From Adineta vaga (lineage: Eukaryota > Animalia > Rotifera), in assembly GCA_021613535.1 (NCBI GenBank), contig CP075492.1:7130001-7194000 (forward strand): a stretch of DNA of 64,000 nucleotides. Direction: 5' to 3'. This document shows positions 62,201 to 64,000 of the stretch, piece after piece; position 1 is the first letter of the stretch, and each line of letters opens with the position of its first letter. A model generated the notes under the pieces. The model was not told where the DNA came from and did not search any database. It saw only the letters and a program-made list of their open reading frames with translations. A program made the position numbers and the translations under genes.

Positions 62201-64000
62201 TGCTGGTGTTCGTGAAACTCAATCATCAAAACTAATTGACATTGATCAATTAAAAGTAACAGTGATCTTTTCTAAGTTTTGTTTCTGGATATTTTATCTT
62301 CACAATTTAGATCATGTCAAATGGAACAATCGATCCTGACTCCTTATCAGGAAAGTTAATTGAAATGCAAGAATTAATGGATAATCAATGTAATGAATTA
62401 ATCTCAGCACGTGCACGTATTCATGAATTAACAAATCGAAATAAAGAATTGGAAGAACGTGCACTATTACTTCAACGAGACCTATCTCATACACAAGATC
62501 ATATAACGAAATATCAACGTGATTTCAAAGAATCTCAAGCACATAGAGAAGATCAAGAAGAACGTATATCAACATTAGAAAAACGTTATTTAACTCTTCA
62601 AAAAGAAACAGCACATTTAACTGAATTTAATAATCGATTAGAAAGTGAATTATCTTCTAAAGAAGCTCAACTGCAACATGTAAATCATTTGCTCATATTA
62701 AAATTCAAGAAAATGCTTATTTCATCTTCTAAATTTTAGACCGAAGAAAAATATCAAAATCTTCTCGATAAATATGATTTATTAGAACAACGATTACAAA
62801 ATCAAAATGAATTGGATTCATCAATGAAATTAAATGGTAGTTCATCCTATTCCAATAATGATGAAAAACTACATCAACTACAAAATGAATATGATGATCT
62901 GAAAATTGAATTAACACGAGTAAGAATCTTTTGTTAGAAACAGTTCTTTGCGATCTATTTTCTCTCGCACTGAGAATTAACAATATCCTGTATGTTTATT
63001 TTCCGTTCGATTAAGTAGATAAATATCCGTTTATTTTTGTTTATGTGGTTTTCATAAGTTTTGCTAAAAATACTTTCATTTGTTTTTAGGCTCGTCAACG
63101 AGAAAAAGTCACCGATGAACATAATGCTCGTTTATCTGCAACTGTCGATAAATTACTCACAGAATCGAATGAACGTTTACAAAATCATTTGAAAGAACGT
63201 ATGCAGTTTTTAGAAGAAAAAAATAATGTTGTACAAGAGAGTGAAAAACTCAGTAAACAATTGGAAGATACACAATATGAACGAGTAAATGAATAAGATT
63301 CAGTATTTGAACTCTTTTATTTTCTGAATTTTATAATGTTACTTTAGAAAAAATTGTTGGATGATATTGATAAACTGAAAATTGAACTAGATAGTGTTCG
63401 AAAAGAATTACAAAATTTAAAACAACAGAAGAGGTAAAAGTAGATTTTCTTCGCTGAAACAAAACAAAATCATGTTTTTTAGTGAAATAATAATTAATCC
63501 TGTACAAATGAATGTTAACAACGTTGCAAAATCAAGTCCCATCTCACCAGATTCATTAAATAGACGAAGAGTTCTCACAGTATCAACAATAAATGATCAT
63601 CTATTCAAAGTATGTTTCTTGACGAATATACACTGACTTAAAATCTCGAATTTTATCTTTTAATTAGGCATCCGAAGCTGACTGGGATACAATTGATCAA
63701 GCTCAAGTAATAAATGATGTTCGTCTCGCATTCGAATCGTCTGATGTTGAATTGACAACTGATGATGAAGATTCTCTCTATCAACATCATCATCCGGTGA
63801 CAATAAACAATGGTTCGACACATCAACATTCAGCTGATGCTCAAACATTGGCATTAGCTCTACAAGAACAACTTGATGCGATTAATAATGAAATTCGATT
63901 GATTCAAGCAGAAAAAGTTAATGCTGAATTACGTGCTGAAGAACTTGAATCACGTGTTGTAGGAAATTCAGTTTATCGTTTGAATGGCAATGATGATGAT
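59261..64000 (+). CDS. PPFIA: Liprin-alpha (5' part, runs off the window)
   Basis: [100 protein letters not shown] and [24 protein letters not shown]. Confidence 0.95.
60590..61045 (+). CDS. Putative alternative first coding exon of liprin-alpha (152 aa, Ser/Asp/Asn-rich)
   Basis: accATGg start, 456 nt open frame, AAG|gt donor in phase 0, and an 87 nt intron to the phase-0 exon at 61133. Confidence 0.65.

Overview
This is AT-rich eukaryotic (animal) genomic DNA with many short (~50-65 nt) GT-AG introns. The lineage-expanded F-box/LRR family, the intronless class A GPCR and the intron sizes point to a bdelloid rotifer (inference). The left ~6 kb is a transposon/pseudogene zone: a decayed MULE transposase, two MITE-like elements, a ~170 bp repeat triplet, and a broken F-box/LRR gene plus a second fragment. 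It is followed by FBXO36 and three tandem secreted LRR genes. Next is a compact housekeeping block: SSR4 head-to-head with SDF2, then co-oriented Pez/PTPN14-21, COG2 and an intronless bacterial-type YnjE-like sulfurtransferase. The rest holds a Pim kinase, a sialin-like SLC17 transporter, an orphan Arg/Ser-rich gene, striatin, a GPCR, USP9X/faf, and the 5' part of liprin-alpha. The best candidate for a new system is the probable horizontally acquired sulfurtransferase, 65 bp behind COG2 with a splice acceptor directly on its ATG, suggesting capture into a trans-spliced operon-like unit. Other notable items are a likely pseudophosphatase Pez with an Rbfox-type cassette exon, a CxxC variant of the USP9X active site, a poison-exon candidate, and an alternative liprin N-terminus. 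All homology calls are from recalled motifs; no searches were run.
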